From Candidatus Calditenuaceae archaeon (lineage in GTDB: Archaea; Thermoproteota; Nitrososphaeria_A; Caldarchaeales; Calditenuaceae), in NCBI GenBank assembly GCA_025059595.1, contig JANXDI010000029.1:258735-282734 (forward strand): a stretch of 24,000 nucleotides of DNA. Reading direction: 5' to 3'. The position numbers and the translations under genes are program-made. Positions 15,581 through 23,158 of this stretch are shown here, in pieces. The stretch's first letter is position 1, and each line of letters starts with the position of its first letter. The notes under the pieces are model-generated. The model ran no database searches. It was not told the origin of the DNA and saw only the letters and a program-made list of their open reading frames with translations.

Positions 15581-16744
15581 CTACGGTGTGGCTTTCTCGG
15601 TTCTAAGCCTTTTTATGCCGAGTTCAGAGATAATTTTGTCGAGCTCGTCCTCCTCCCTGACCTCTCCACGCTGAGCTGTTATCGGCTCTCTCCTTGGGGG
15701 CAGCTCTTGGACGGTCTCACGCTTGAAAAATCGGTCGTCCACGCTTTGGACGGCGGCCTCCATTTCGCGGATGTAGCTCTCCGTCTCGAGACCAGCCAGT
15801 ATTAGGGAGACCTGTATGGTTGCGTTGTAGTAGTTGTCCACCCGCGCACCCCATACTATGAGGCCATCATCTCCCATGAGCTCGTAAATTATCTCTGGAG
15901 GCCTGGATGCCTCTTTTAGCTTCATGTCCTCGCCCCCGGTTACATGAACTATGGCAGCTGAGACGCCTTCAAGACCTACACTACCCTCGAAGAGGGGGGA
16001 TTGGAGCGCGTTAAATGTAGCCTCCTCGGCCCTATTTGGAGAGCTGCTCCGACCAATACCCAGTGTCGCAAGCCGACCCCTCGACACAACCGTCTTGAAA
16101 TCTTCGAAGTCTATGTTAATCAGGCTTGGCTTCACTATCGACTCTGTAATGCTCAGTATCATGTTGTTGATTACCTCGTCTGCTAGGGCGAACGCTGTTT
16201 TCAGATTATACTGTGGATAGAGCTCGAGGAGCCTGTTGTTATCAACAACCACCACCGTATTCACGTATTGCTGCAGCTCAGACAGCCCCTTGAGGGCAAT
16301 CCTCTTACGGACACCACCCTCAAACCTGAAGGGCATAGTCACGACACCCACGACTATGGCTCCAAGCTCCCTCGCCACCTTCGCGCAGACAGGCGCGGCA
16401 CCAGTCCCGGTGCCTCCTCCGAGTCCAGCCGCGATGAAGACTAGGTCTGCATCCTCAAGCGCCCTCTTAATGTCCTCAATACTCTCCTCAGCTGCCATCC
16501 TTCCTATCTCTGGGTTCCCACCAGCGCCGTGGTCGCGAGTGGTGCGCGGGCCGAGTAAAATTTTCTGATGAGCGTTCACCGTGTCTAAGTGCTGCCTGTC
16601 GGTGTTTGCAGCGATTGCCGTAGCCCCGTATAGCCCTGAGGAGATTAGCCTGTGGACGGTGTTGCTTCCCGCTCCACCTAGGCCTATAAGCTTAATCTTG
16701 ACTCCATAGTTCTCCTCGTGAGCTCCAATCTCTTGACTACTCAC
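15581..16744 (-). CDS. ftsZ: Cell division GTPase FtsZ
   Basis: IKLIGLGGAGSNTVHRL, AAGLGGGTGTGAAPV (the tubulin/FtsZ signature GGGTGTG), VVTMPFRFEG and NVDFxD-like INIDFEDFKTV are all present. The start is GTG 16744. Confidence 0.95.
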   Translation of the reverse strand: MSSQEIGAHEENYGVKIKLIGLGGAGSNTVHRLISSGLYGATAIAANTDRQHLDTVNAHQKILLGPRTTRDHGAGGNPEIGRMAAEESIEDIKRALEDADLVFIAAGLGGGTGTGAAPVCAKVARELGAIVVGVVTMPFRFEGGVRKRIALKGLSELQQYVNTVVVVDNNRLLELYPQYNLKTAFALADEVINNMILSITESIVKPSLINIDFEDFKTVVSRGRLATLGIGRSSSPNRAEEATFNALQSPLFEGSVGLEGVSAAIVHVTGGEDMKLKEASRPPEIIYELMGDDGLIVWGARVDNYYNATIQVSLILAGLETESYIREMEAAVQSVDDRFFKRETVQELPPRREPITAQRGEVREEDELDKIISELGIKRLRTEKATP

Positions 16745-16883
16745 TTGACCTGGCCTCCTCCTTTATGAAGTCTCTCACAGCCATACGGATTGCCTCAGCC
16801 CTGTTTGGATAGAGCCTCCTCTTGACTAGCTCGTCGATGGCCTCAAGATATGCCTCAGGAAGGTGAACCGTCACAACCTTCAA
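16737..16883 (-). CDS. cdrS: Ribbon-helix-helix (CopG-like) small DNA-binding protein, CdrS-like, directly upstream of and overlapping ftsZ
   Basis: It is not in the ORF track because it is only 48 aa. The minus-strand translation is (M)KVVTVHLPEAYLEAIDELVKRRLYPNRAEAIRMAVRDFIKEEARSSE*. The N-terminal beta-strand followed by two helices, with YPNRxEAIRxAVRD, is an RHH hallmark. The TTG start at 16883 is preceded by GAGGTG (16896-16891) at 7-nt spacing. The stop TAG (16739-16737) overlaps the ftsZ GTG (16744) by 8 nt. Confidence 0.7.
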   Translation of the reverse strand: MKVVTVHLPEAYLEAIDELVKRRLYPNRAEAIRMAVRDFIKEEARSSE

Positions 16884-17041
16884 CCTATCCCACCTCGGAG
16901 AGGCTACTGAAAGTGAACTTCAAATAAAGATATGTAATACCGGGATTAATATCCTGTGAAGACTCTCCAAGGAAAAAACGGGATTTCTGTTGCAGAAAAT
17001 GATAATGCTAAATAGCCCTAGGGCTCAAATTTTGTTGAATA

Positions 17042-17413
17042 ATGCGAATATCGAGGGCTGACGAGAACGAGGAGTTGGAGGAGATTGTCAGATATATCAA
17101 CGAGAAGTGTAGTGAGGGTGCGGCGGTTCTGGTGGAGGGTGTGAGTGACAGAGAGGCGCTTTCAGGTAGAGGAGTCAGAGGTAAAATCTTTACACTTCAC
17201 GAATTCTTGAAAATAGTGGAATTTGATGCCTTAAACATGGAGTTGATTGCGCTTCTGGACCTTGACAGGGAGGGTGAACGGATTTTGAGGTGGCTCGAGG
17301 GAAGGACTTCGCATTCGCTAAAGCTTGACTACTCGACGAGGATGAAGCTCAGGAAGACGCAAAGATACAGACGGGGTCTCAGAACCGTGCATCAGATATT
17401 TATGGGCCCTTGA
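17042..17413 (+). CDS. Small Toprim-domain protein
   Basis: AAVLVEGVSDREAL (conserved Glu) and IALLDLDREGERI (DxD) form a Toprim catalytic core in a 123-aa protein. The stop TGA 17411-17413 overlaps the valS TTG 17410. Confidence 0.65.
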   Translation: MRISRADENEELEEIVRYINEKCSEGAAVLVEGVSDREALSGRGVRGKIFTLHEFLKIVEFDALNMELIALLDLDREGERILRWLEGRTSHSLKLDYSTRMKLRKTQRYRRGLRTVHQIFMGP

Positions 17414-19773
17414 ATAAGTCGGCTTTAGCGTTGGAAACTGGGAGATTTGAGCCGAGGCTCGAGAAGACGCGTTGGGAGCCGAGGATGGAGGAGGAGTTAC
17501 TCGCGAAATGGGAGTCGGAAGGAATCTACGCCTTCAATAAAAACTCAAGACGACGCCTTTTCCTCATCGATACGCCCCCACCATATCCATCTGGAAGACC
17601 CTGGCATATAGGGGCTGCGGCCCACTACACGCAGATAGACATGATTGCGAGGACAGCGAGGATGATGGGGTTTGAGGTCTACTTCCCCATAGGAATCGAT
17701 AGGAACGGCATTCCTGTCGAGAGATATGTTGAGCGGGAGAAAAAGATTAAGCTAACGGCCCTTCCGCGGGAAGATTTCCTACGCATCTGCTCGGAAACCC
17801 TAGACGAGCTGGAGTCTGAGATGCTCTGGATAATGAGGAGGGCAGGCCTCTCAGGAGACTTCAAAGGCCGCTACCGGACCGACTCGCAAGAATATAGGGC
17901 ACTGACTCAAGCCACGTTCATCGAACTCTTCAAGAAAGGGCTAATCTACAGGTCCTCGAGGCCTAACAATTTCTGCCCAGACTGCGGAACAACAATTGCG
18001 GACGCCGAAGTGGACTATGCCGAGATGCCCACAGACCTTGTCTACATGCGCTTCGACCTCAAAGACGGAGGAGGGGTAGTGGTTGCCAGCACGCGTCCTG
18101 AGCTTCTCGGAGCATGCAAGGCGGTCATCTATAACCCCGTCGATGAGAGATACTTGGGCCTTGAGGAGAAGAGTGCTGTCGTCCCAATTTATGGCAGAGT
18201 GGTTCCAATAATCCCTCACGGCGCTGCGAAGCCGGAGTTTGGAACAGGCCTTGTGATGGTCTGCAGCTATGGTGATAAGACAGACATCCAGCTCTTCCGC
18301 GAGCTTGGTCTTGAGGAGGTCATCCTCATAGGGCCTGACGGTCGGTTGCTCGAGGCCGCCGGGCCGCTGAGGGGGCTTACGGTGGAGGAGGCGAGGCGTA
18401 AGGTTGTTGATTTGCTGTCAAGCGAGGGGAGGGTTGTCAAGGTGGAGAGAATAATGCATCAAGTGCCTGTTTGCGAGAGGTCCAATACTCCTATCGAGAT
18501 TATACCTATGGACGACTACTATCTCGTCCAGCTGAGTCTGAAGGATGAGCTGCTGAGGGCCAGCCACAAGATGGCCTTCCACCCCGAGTTCCACAGGCAG
18601 CTACTCATCGATTGGATAAACTCTCTCCGTATCGACTGGCCCATCTCCAGAAGAAGATACTACGCAACCGAGATTCCTATATGGTATTGCAAGTCTTGCA
18701 GCGCGCCGAACCTCCCTCCCCCCGGCAGATACTACATGCCATGGAAGGAGAAACCTCCCTTCGAGAAGTGCGTAAACTGCGGCGGCACAGAGTTTGTTGG
18801 CGAGGTGAAGACCCTAGACACTTGGGTTGACTCCAGCATCTCCCCACTCTACGTCGCGGGATACATGAGAGACCAGAAGCTCTTCCGCCGCGCCTACCCC
18901 GTCGCCCTGAGGCCGCAGGGGAAAGACATAATCCGGACATGGCTATACTACACCCTCCTGAGATGCTATCAGCTCACCGGGAAGCCACCCTTCAAGAACG
19001 TTTGGGTTAGTGGGATGGGTCTTGATGAAAAAGGTGAGAAGATGAGTAAGAGTAGAGGGAACGTAATCGACCCGCGGCCGATACTTGACAAGTATGGTGC
19101 AGACATCTTCCGCTTCTGGTCGGCCCAAGAGGCGAGCTTGGGATACGACTTCAGAATCTCGGAGGCGAGGATTTCAGCAGCGGGGAGGTTCATAACGAAG
19201 CTCTGGAACGTCGCTAGATACGTCTCACAGTTCCCCCAGCCTCGTAGAGTGAGGCTGACACAAACGGATAGGTGGATACTCTCTGAGCTCTCGGCGCTGG
19301 TTGAAGAGTCGATGGAGGGATACAGGAGCTACAACTTCTTCATACCAGCTACGCACATAAGGAATTTTGTCTGGAATCTATTCGCTGACCACTATATCGA
19401 GATGACAAAGATGAGGGCTCTCGGCAGAGTGTCGGGTGGTGGCGGAATGCGGGCCGCATGGCACACTCTCCACACTGTGCTCAGGACTTGCCTACTACTC
19501 CTCGCCCCAATCACCCCCTTCAGCACGGACTATGTCTGGCAGGCCCTATACTCTACGAGGTCGATTCACTTGGAGAGATTCCCGAAGCCGAGGTGGAACA
19601 AAGACTATAGAAGATACACGGAGAAGATTGTCTCCTTCAACAGTGAAGTCTGGAGGCTGAAGAAGTTGAGGAACTTGTCTCTCAGGGACCCTATCGAGGT
19701 AAGCGTCCCGGATGAACTCTCACCCTTCAAAGCAGACTTGGTGGCGATGCACAACATAGTGGAGAGAGCCTGA
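17410..19773 (+). CDS. valS: Valyl-tRNA synthetase
   Basis: This is a class I aaRS: LIDTPPPYPSGRPWHIGAAAHYTQIDMIARTARMMGFEVYFPIGIDRNGIPVE (HIGH region), an editing (CP1) insertion, WPISRRRYYATEIPIWYC and KMSKSRGNVIDP. The IDTPPP context and 787-aa length fit archaeal ValRS better than Leu/IleRS. The start is TTG 17410, with ATG 17485 as an alternative. Confidence 0.8.
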   Translation: MNKSALALETGRFEPRLEKTRWEPRMEEELLAKWESEGIYAFNKNSRRRLFLIDTPPPYPSGRPWHIGAAAHYTQIDMIARTARMMGFEVYFPIGIDRNGIPVERYVEREKKIKLTALPREDFLRICSETLDELESEMLWIMRRAGLSGDFKGRYRTDSQEYRALTQATFIELFKKGLIYRSSRPNNFCPDCGTTIADAEVDYAEMPTDLVYMRFDLKDGGGVVVASTRPELLGACKAVIYNPVDERYLGLEEKSAVVPIYGRVVPIIPHGAAKPEFGTGLVMVCSYGDKTDIQLFRELGLEEVILIGPDGRLLEAAGPLRGLTVEEARRKVVDLLSSEGRVVKVERIMHQVPVCERSNTPIEIIPMDDYYLVQLSLKDELLRASHKMAFHPEFHRQLLIDWINSLRIDWPISRRRYYATEIPIWYCKSCSAPNLPPPGRYYMPWKEKPPFEKCVNCGGTEFVGEVKTLDTWVDSSISPLYVAGYMRDQKLFRRAYPVALRPQGKDIIRTWLYYTLLRCYQLTGKPPFKNVWVSGMGLDEKGEKMSKSRGNVIDPRPILDKYGADIFRFWSAQEASLGYDFRISEARISAAGRFITKLWNVARYVSQFPQPRRVRLTQTDRWILSELSALVEESMEGYRSYNFFIPATHIRNFVWNLFADHYIEMTKMRALGRVSGGGGMRAAWHTLHTVLRTCLLLLAPITPFSTDYVWQALYSTRSIHLERFPKPRWNKDYRRYTEKIVSFNSEVWRLKKLRNLSLRDPIEVSVPDELSPFKADLVAMHNIVERA

Positions 19774-19780
19774 GAGACTT

Positions 19781-19834
19781 GGTCAGACTGCCCATCGACG
19801 CCTCACAAATCGGCGTGGACGTCGGTCATCATCC
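19781..19834 (-). ncRNA. Candidate C/D box sRNA (2'-O-methylation guide)
   Basis: The minus-strand read is GG AUGAUGA CCGACGUCCACG CCGA UUU GUGAGGC GUCGAUGGGCAGU CUGA CC. It has a perfect C box (RUGAUGA) and D box (CUGA), and a terminal GG/CC closing stem. The internal D' (CCGA) and C' (GUGAGGC) boxes are degenerate but retain the GA dinucleotides. Guides are 12-13 nt and the total of 54 nt matches archaeal C/D sRNA architecture. It lies in the spacer 3' of valS. Confidence 0.45.
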
Positions 19835-20018
19835 CATCCCCTAGAATTGGGGCTGCGGCTAATAAGGCTGTATTAAGACGGTTTACATGAATTCACAAGG
19901 TAGCTGAGACATCTTCATCTGAGATTGTGAGAGTTTCTATAAGAGGTCCAGGAGGCCACCCAAGCAATTAGATAAGGGCAGGCCAATGAAAGGGGCAGGG
20001 TAGAGTTGATAGAGATGC

Positions 20019-20026
20019 AAATATTT
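20019..20026 (+). promoter_or_regulatory. Candidate TATA box (AAATATTT) for the 20052 gene
   Basis: Its centre is about 29 nt upstream of ATG 20052, which implies a leaderless or near-leaderless mRNA. Confidence 0.4.
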
Positions 20027-20051
20027 CTGACCGCCTAGACAGTTATTAGAT

Positions 20052-20465
20052 ATGGGAGCGGATAGAAAGGCCGCGGTGCGAGCCATTTTAGAGAAGGAGG
20101 GGACGAGCCCAGAATTCACGGCTGCTGCGGATATACTGAGGGCCATGGTTATTCTTTATGGAGCGGGTTGGGAGAGCGATGTCTTGGACGTCCTCTCTGG
20201 CGTCTGGAGCCTCAAGAACTTGTCTCTTGAGAGCATAGCGGACCTTCGTAAAAGATTACCGGGCGCTGTGAAGATTCTGGAGGAGTCCCGCCTTGTTACC
20301 GTGGAGACTCGTTTGAGACCTTACTTAGAGGAGGCGAAGCCCGTTGAGGAGAGGTTTTACAGCGCGCTGGATTTACCTACACTATTGCGTGCACTAGTAT
20401 CGGACAGATATATCGACAGGTATAGGTTTGAGGTCTCTGGATGGACCCGGCCGCCCAAGCAGTAA
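20052..20465 (+). CDS. Hypothetical protein
   Basis: This is a 137-aa ORF with an ATG start and a suitably placed TATA box. The composition is helical and charged. No family was recognised. Confidence 0.5.
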   Translation: MGADRKAAVRAILEKEGTSPEFTAAADILRAMVILYGAGWESDVLDVLSGVWSLKNLSLESIADLRKRLPGAVKILEESRLVTVETRLRPYLEEAKPVEERFYSALDLPTLLRALVSDRYIDRYRFEVSGWTRPPKQ

Positions 20466-20605
20466 TGGTTACGGCGGTAGCTTTATGACAGTTGGAATGA
20501 AGGTCTAGCTAAGCTCTTTCAAATACGTCTTACTTTGCCGCTGCGATGCCGACATTAATTGAGATGCGAATTTTTACTCCGGAGGTCGGCGACCTACACG
20601 ATTAA

Positions 20606-21013
20606 ATGCGGCGGTTGCAGTGGGACTTCGATATGGCAAGGTATGTGAGGGACAAATTCCTCGAGGAGTATGTGAGGAAGGTTGGTGACCGTGCCGGCCT
20701 CAACTACCTCGATTATTCCAGAATCAGGTGTGTGAGGAGCTATGAGGCCAAGTCGCGGAGCGTAGCTGCGCGAATCCACTCAGCGAGCAGAGCCCTCTGG
20801 GCCGGCATGAGCCTCAGCCCCCACTACGTTATCGAGTTCGTCTCAGAGGTCTTCGACAGGTTGCCGGAGGAGGAGAAGGCTGAAGTTGTCCTTCACGAGC
20901 TTCTCCACATACCCCGGGTGATGGGGGGCGGGTTGATAGGGCATGGGGCTTTAGACTTCAAGAGCGAGGTTAGGAGGCTTTTGAAGAGGGTGAAGGCGGC
21001 TGAAGAGGTTTAG
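20606..21013 (+). CDS. Putative zinc metallopeptidase-like protein (HExxH motif)
   Basis: In this 135-aa ORF, VVLHELLHIPRVMGGGLIGH contains HExxH plus a downstream His. This resembles small archaeal/SprT-like predicted metallopeptidases. The assignment is by motif only. Confidence 0.45.
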   Translation: MRRLQWDFDMARYVRDKFLEEYVRKVGDRAGLNYLDYSRIRCVRSYEAKSRSVAARIHSASRALWAGMSLSPHYVIEFVSEVFDRLPEEEKAEVVLHELLHIPRVMGGGLIGHGALDFKSEVRRLLKRVKAAEEV

Positions 21014-21672
21014 CCGATTATCCCTATGACGGTGCAGGGCGCGCTATCCACCTCCTCCAGCAGAAGAGGAGCGATAATCACGTAGCTGTATTCGGACGGC
21101 TTCCCCTCCAAGTCCATGTCCTCCACTATCAGGAAACGGTTGTCGGAGAGTAGTATCCGGTGAGATTCGCGGCCTTCTTCCCTTCTGAGAGGAGTCGAGA
21201 CGCTGATGGCATCTAAGCCGAGGCCCCTCAATTCCGGGGCCTCTTTCCTGATGAGTGTTGCGGCTGACGGAGAGAAGAGGAGCCCTTTGCCGGCATATGC
21301 CTCAGGGTCGGAGCTCCTAAATCTCTGAAGACCGGTCCTAACGAGCAGTAGACTACAGCCTTTGATTACTTTTAAGTAGGGCTCCAAGTCCTTTGCCGAG
21401 ACCTCGTCCCCCGGCTTCTTCGGAATGTCTATCAGGCGTACTTTGGTGAAGACAAGCTCGTCTGGCATGTATTCAGATATCTTGCGCCCATTTTGATAGA
21501 AGTGGTTGGGGGCGTCTACGTGTGTGCCTGTGTGATTGGCCATGCCTATGAACCATAAGTTGCTTGAGTCTCCCCGTGCTATACTTCGATGTTGTGAAAG
21601 CTGGATAGGTGGAGTTCCGGGGTAGAGTGGTGTAGTCCGCCCTATTTTATGAGACAATAGTACTAGCCTCAT
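21010..21672 (-). CDS. Cyclase-family protein (kynurenine formamidase-like metal-dependent hydrolase fold)
   Basis: MANHTGTHVDAPNHF matches the HxGTHxDxPxH motif of the putative-cyclase family. The ORF is trimmed to ATG 21672 (MRLVLLSHKIG..., 220 aa). The track ORF extends to 21846 across the divergent promoter. Confidence 0.7.
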   Translation of the reverse strand: MRLVLLSHKIGRTTPLYPGTPPIQLSQHRSIARGDSSNLWFIGMANHTGTHVDAPNHFYQNGRKISEYMPDELVFTKVRLIDIPKKPGDEVSAKDLEPYLKVIKGCSLLLVRTGLQRFRSSDPEAYAGKGLLFSPSAATLIRKEAPELRGLGLDAISVSTPLRREEGRESHRILLSDNRFLIVEDMDLEGKPSEYSYVIIAPLLLEEVDSAPCTVIGIIG

Positions 21673-21736
21673 CTCTTCGTCGGATTTTAAGCCGATAGGC
21701 CGCTTTTTAATACTATTCTGGATGGAGCGGAGTAGG

Positions 21737-21744
21737 GATATATT
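21737..21744 (+). promoter_or_regulatory. Candidate TATA box (GATATATT) for the Fgd-like/ArsC-like/gnd operon
   Basis: Its centre is about 28 nt upstream of ATG 21769, which implies a leaderless mRNA. Confidence 0.4.
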
Positions 21745-21768
21745 GGGCGTGAGCAAGCTTATCACCGG

Positions 21769-22803
21769 ATGAGGGGCATAAGCCTCGGCTATTGGGTGGC
21801 GCAGGAGCAATACCCCCCTGACAGGCTGATGGAGTTCGCCATTCACGCATCGATAGTTGGCTTCGACACATTAGTGACGAGCGACCACTTCCACCCTTGG
21901 AGGGATAATGGGGGGCAGTCCGCACACCCTTGGATTTGGCTAACCGCCGCCGCCGAGCGGCTTAAAGGTGTTGAGGTCGGGACAGCTGTTACGACACCCA
22001 TCTTCAGATACCACCCCGCGATAGTCGCGCAGGCCTTCGCCACACTTGACTACATGTATCCAGGCCGCGTCTTCCTGACCGTCGGGACTGGGCACGCGAT
22101 GAACGAGGTGCCCTTGGGATTCCAGTGGCCTGGATACAAGGAGAAGATTGAGAGACTGCGAGAGGCTGTTGAGATAATTCAGTTGCTTTGGCGCGGAGAC
22201 TTTGTCGATTATGAGGGGAAGTATTATCGCTTGGTGAAGGCTAAGCTCTACACGAAACCCAAAAAGCGCGTTAAACTCTACATCGCGACCTCTGACAAGA
22301 GGGTCGCCGAGATTGCCGGGCAGCTTACAGACGGCATCCTGACTAATCCGAGGGGGCTTGAGAATTATCAGCTCATCATAAAATCCCTCGAGGATGGTGC
22401 ACGGAAGGCGGGTAGAGACATCTCAACCCTCAGCAAGTGCATGGAGTTTAAAGTCTCTTATGACCCGGACTATGATAAGGCTCTTGAAGGTGCTCTGTTC
22501 TGGGCGCCGACGGCGATTCCGAGGGAGAAGAGGGAGGGGGTTGCTGACCCTCGCGAGCTCGAAGCTATGGTAGGTGATGCGGAGGTGGAGAAGATTAAGA
22601 GGACCTGGCTCATTACGAACAACTCAGACGACATTTACAAGGCGCTTGGAGATTTCCTTAAGCTCGGCTTCGACAGGGTCTTCATTCACAGCTCCTCACC
22701 AGACGAGGAGAAGTTCCTCAACCTTCTCGGGAGGGAGATACTTCCGTGGGTGAGGGAGTATTACGAGAGCCTCCAGATTCCGATTAGAATCTCCTCAGAG
22801 TGA
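21769..22803 (+). CDS. LLM-class F420-dependent oxidoreductase of the glucose-6-phosphate dehydrogenase (Fgd) family
   Basis: By eye it is colinear with actinobacterial Fgd over its full length. Matching segments are LGYWVAQEQYPP, VTSDHFHPWRDNGGQSAHPW, TPIFRYHPAIVAQAFATLDYMYPGRVFLTVGTG, YYRLVKAKLY, KVSYDPDYDKALEGALFWAP and RVFIHSSSPD. Confidence 0.75.
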   Translation: MRGISLGYWVAQEQYPPDRLMEFAIHASIVGFDTLVTSDHFHPWRDNGGQSAHPWIWLTAAAERLKGVEVGTAVTTPIFRYHPAIVAQAFATLDYMYPGRVFLTVGTGHAMNEVPLGFQWPGYKEKIERLREAVEIIQLLWRGDFVDYEGKYYRLVKAKLYTKPKKRVKLYIATSDKRVAEIAGQLTDGILTNPRGLENYQLIIKSLEDGARKAGRDISTLSKCMEFKVSYDPDYDKALEGALFWAPTAIPREKREGVADPRELEAMVGDAEVEKIKRTWLITNNSDDIYKALGDFLKLGFDRVFIHSSSPDEEKFLNLLGREILPWVREYYESLQIPIRISSE

Positions 22804-22810
22804 GGGCCGC

Positions 22811-23158
22811 TTGGAGGTCATCTTCTACGGTTATAAGCGTTGTAATACGAGTAGGAAGATTGAGGCGGCCTTGAGGACGCATGACGTGAAAATAAGGTTT
22901 GTGGACATCGTGCGAGAGCCACCTGAAAAGGCGGTTTTGAACAGACTTATCGAGAAGTATGGTGTTGAGGGGATTGTCAGGAGGGGTAAGCTGGAGGCGA
23001 GACTTCTCTTAGAGAAGGAAGGGCTTGAGAACCTTCTCGAGTTTCTCAGGCGTGAGCCTAACAGGCTGATTCGCCCCGTCGTGATTGCAGGCGGAGAGGT
23101 TTACGCCGGTTTGGATGCCTTAAAATTGACAGACTCCGGAGGAGGGTTGCGGAGATGA
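22811..23158 (+). CDS. ArsC/Spx/YffB-family thioredoxin-fold protein
   Basis: VIFYGYKRCNTSRKIEAALRTHDVKIRFVDIVREPP matches the N-terminal Cys-x-T/S-x-RK pattern of the ArsC/Spx family, and the size is 115 aa. The start is TTG 22811, 8 nt after the previous stop. The stop overlaps the gnd ATG as ATGA. Confidence 0.6.
   Translation: MEVIFYGYKRCNTSRKIEAALRTHDVKIRFVDIVREPPEKAVLNRLIEKYGVEGIVRRGKLEARLLLEKEGLENLLEFLRREPNRLIRPVVIAGGEVYAGLDALKLTDSGGGLRR

Noticed and set aside
15951-16568. Plus-strand ORFs 15951..16220, 16001..16186 and 16236..16568
   Set aside because: They are antisense to ftsZ, and the Ser/Pro/Ala/Thr-rich translations are typical of antisense reading of a GC-rich gene. The same reasoning applies to the other short antisense ORFs inside gltB-like, valS, metG, mscS, tyrA and sod.
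19835-20018. Remainder of the long valS-20052 spacer, searched for a second sRNA (for example ATGAAGA on the minus strand near 19909-19915, and two CTGA on the plus strand at 19896-19913)
   Set aside because: The C-box-like element is imperfect. It has no correctly spaced D box or terminal stem on either strand, so there is no supportable call.
21673-21846. N-terminal 58 aa of track ORF 21010..21846 and ORF 21713..21925 (-)
   Set aside because: They extend across the divergent promoter and into the Fgd-like gene. The cyclase-family homology begins after M(21672).
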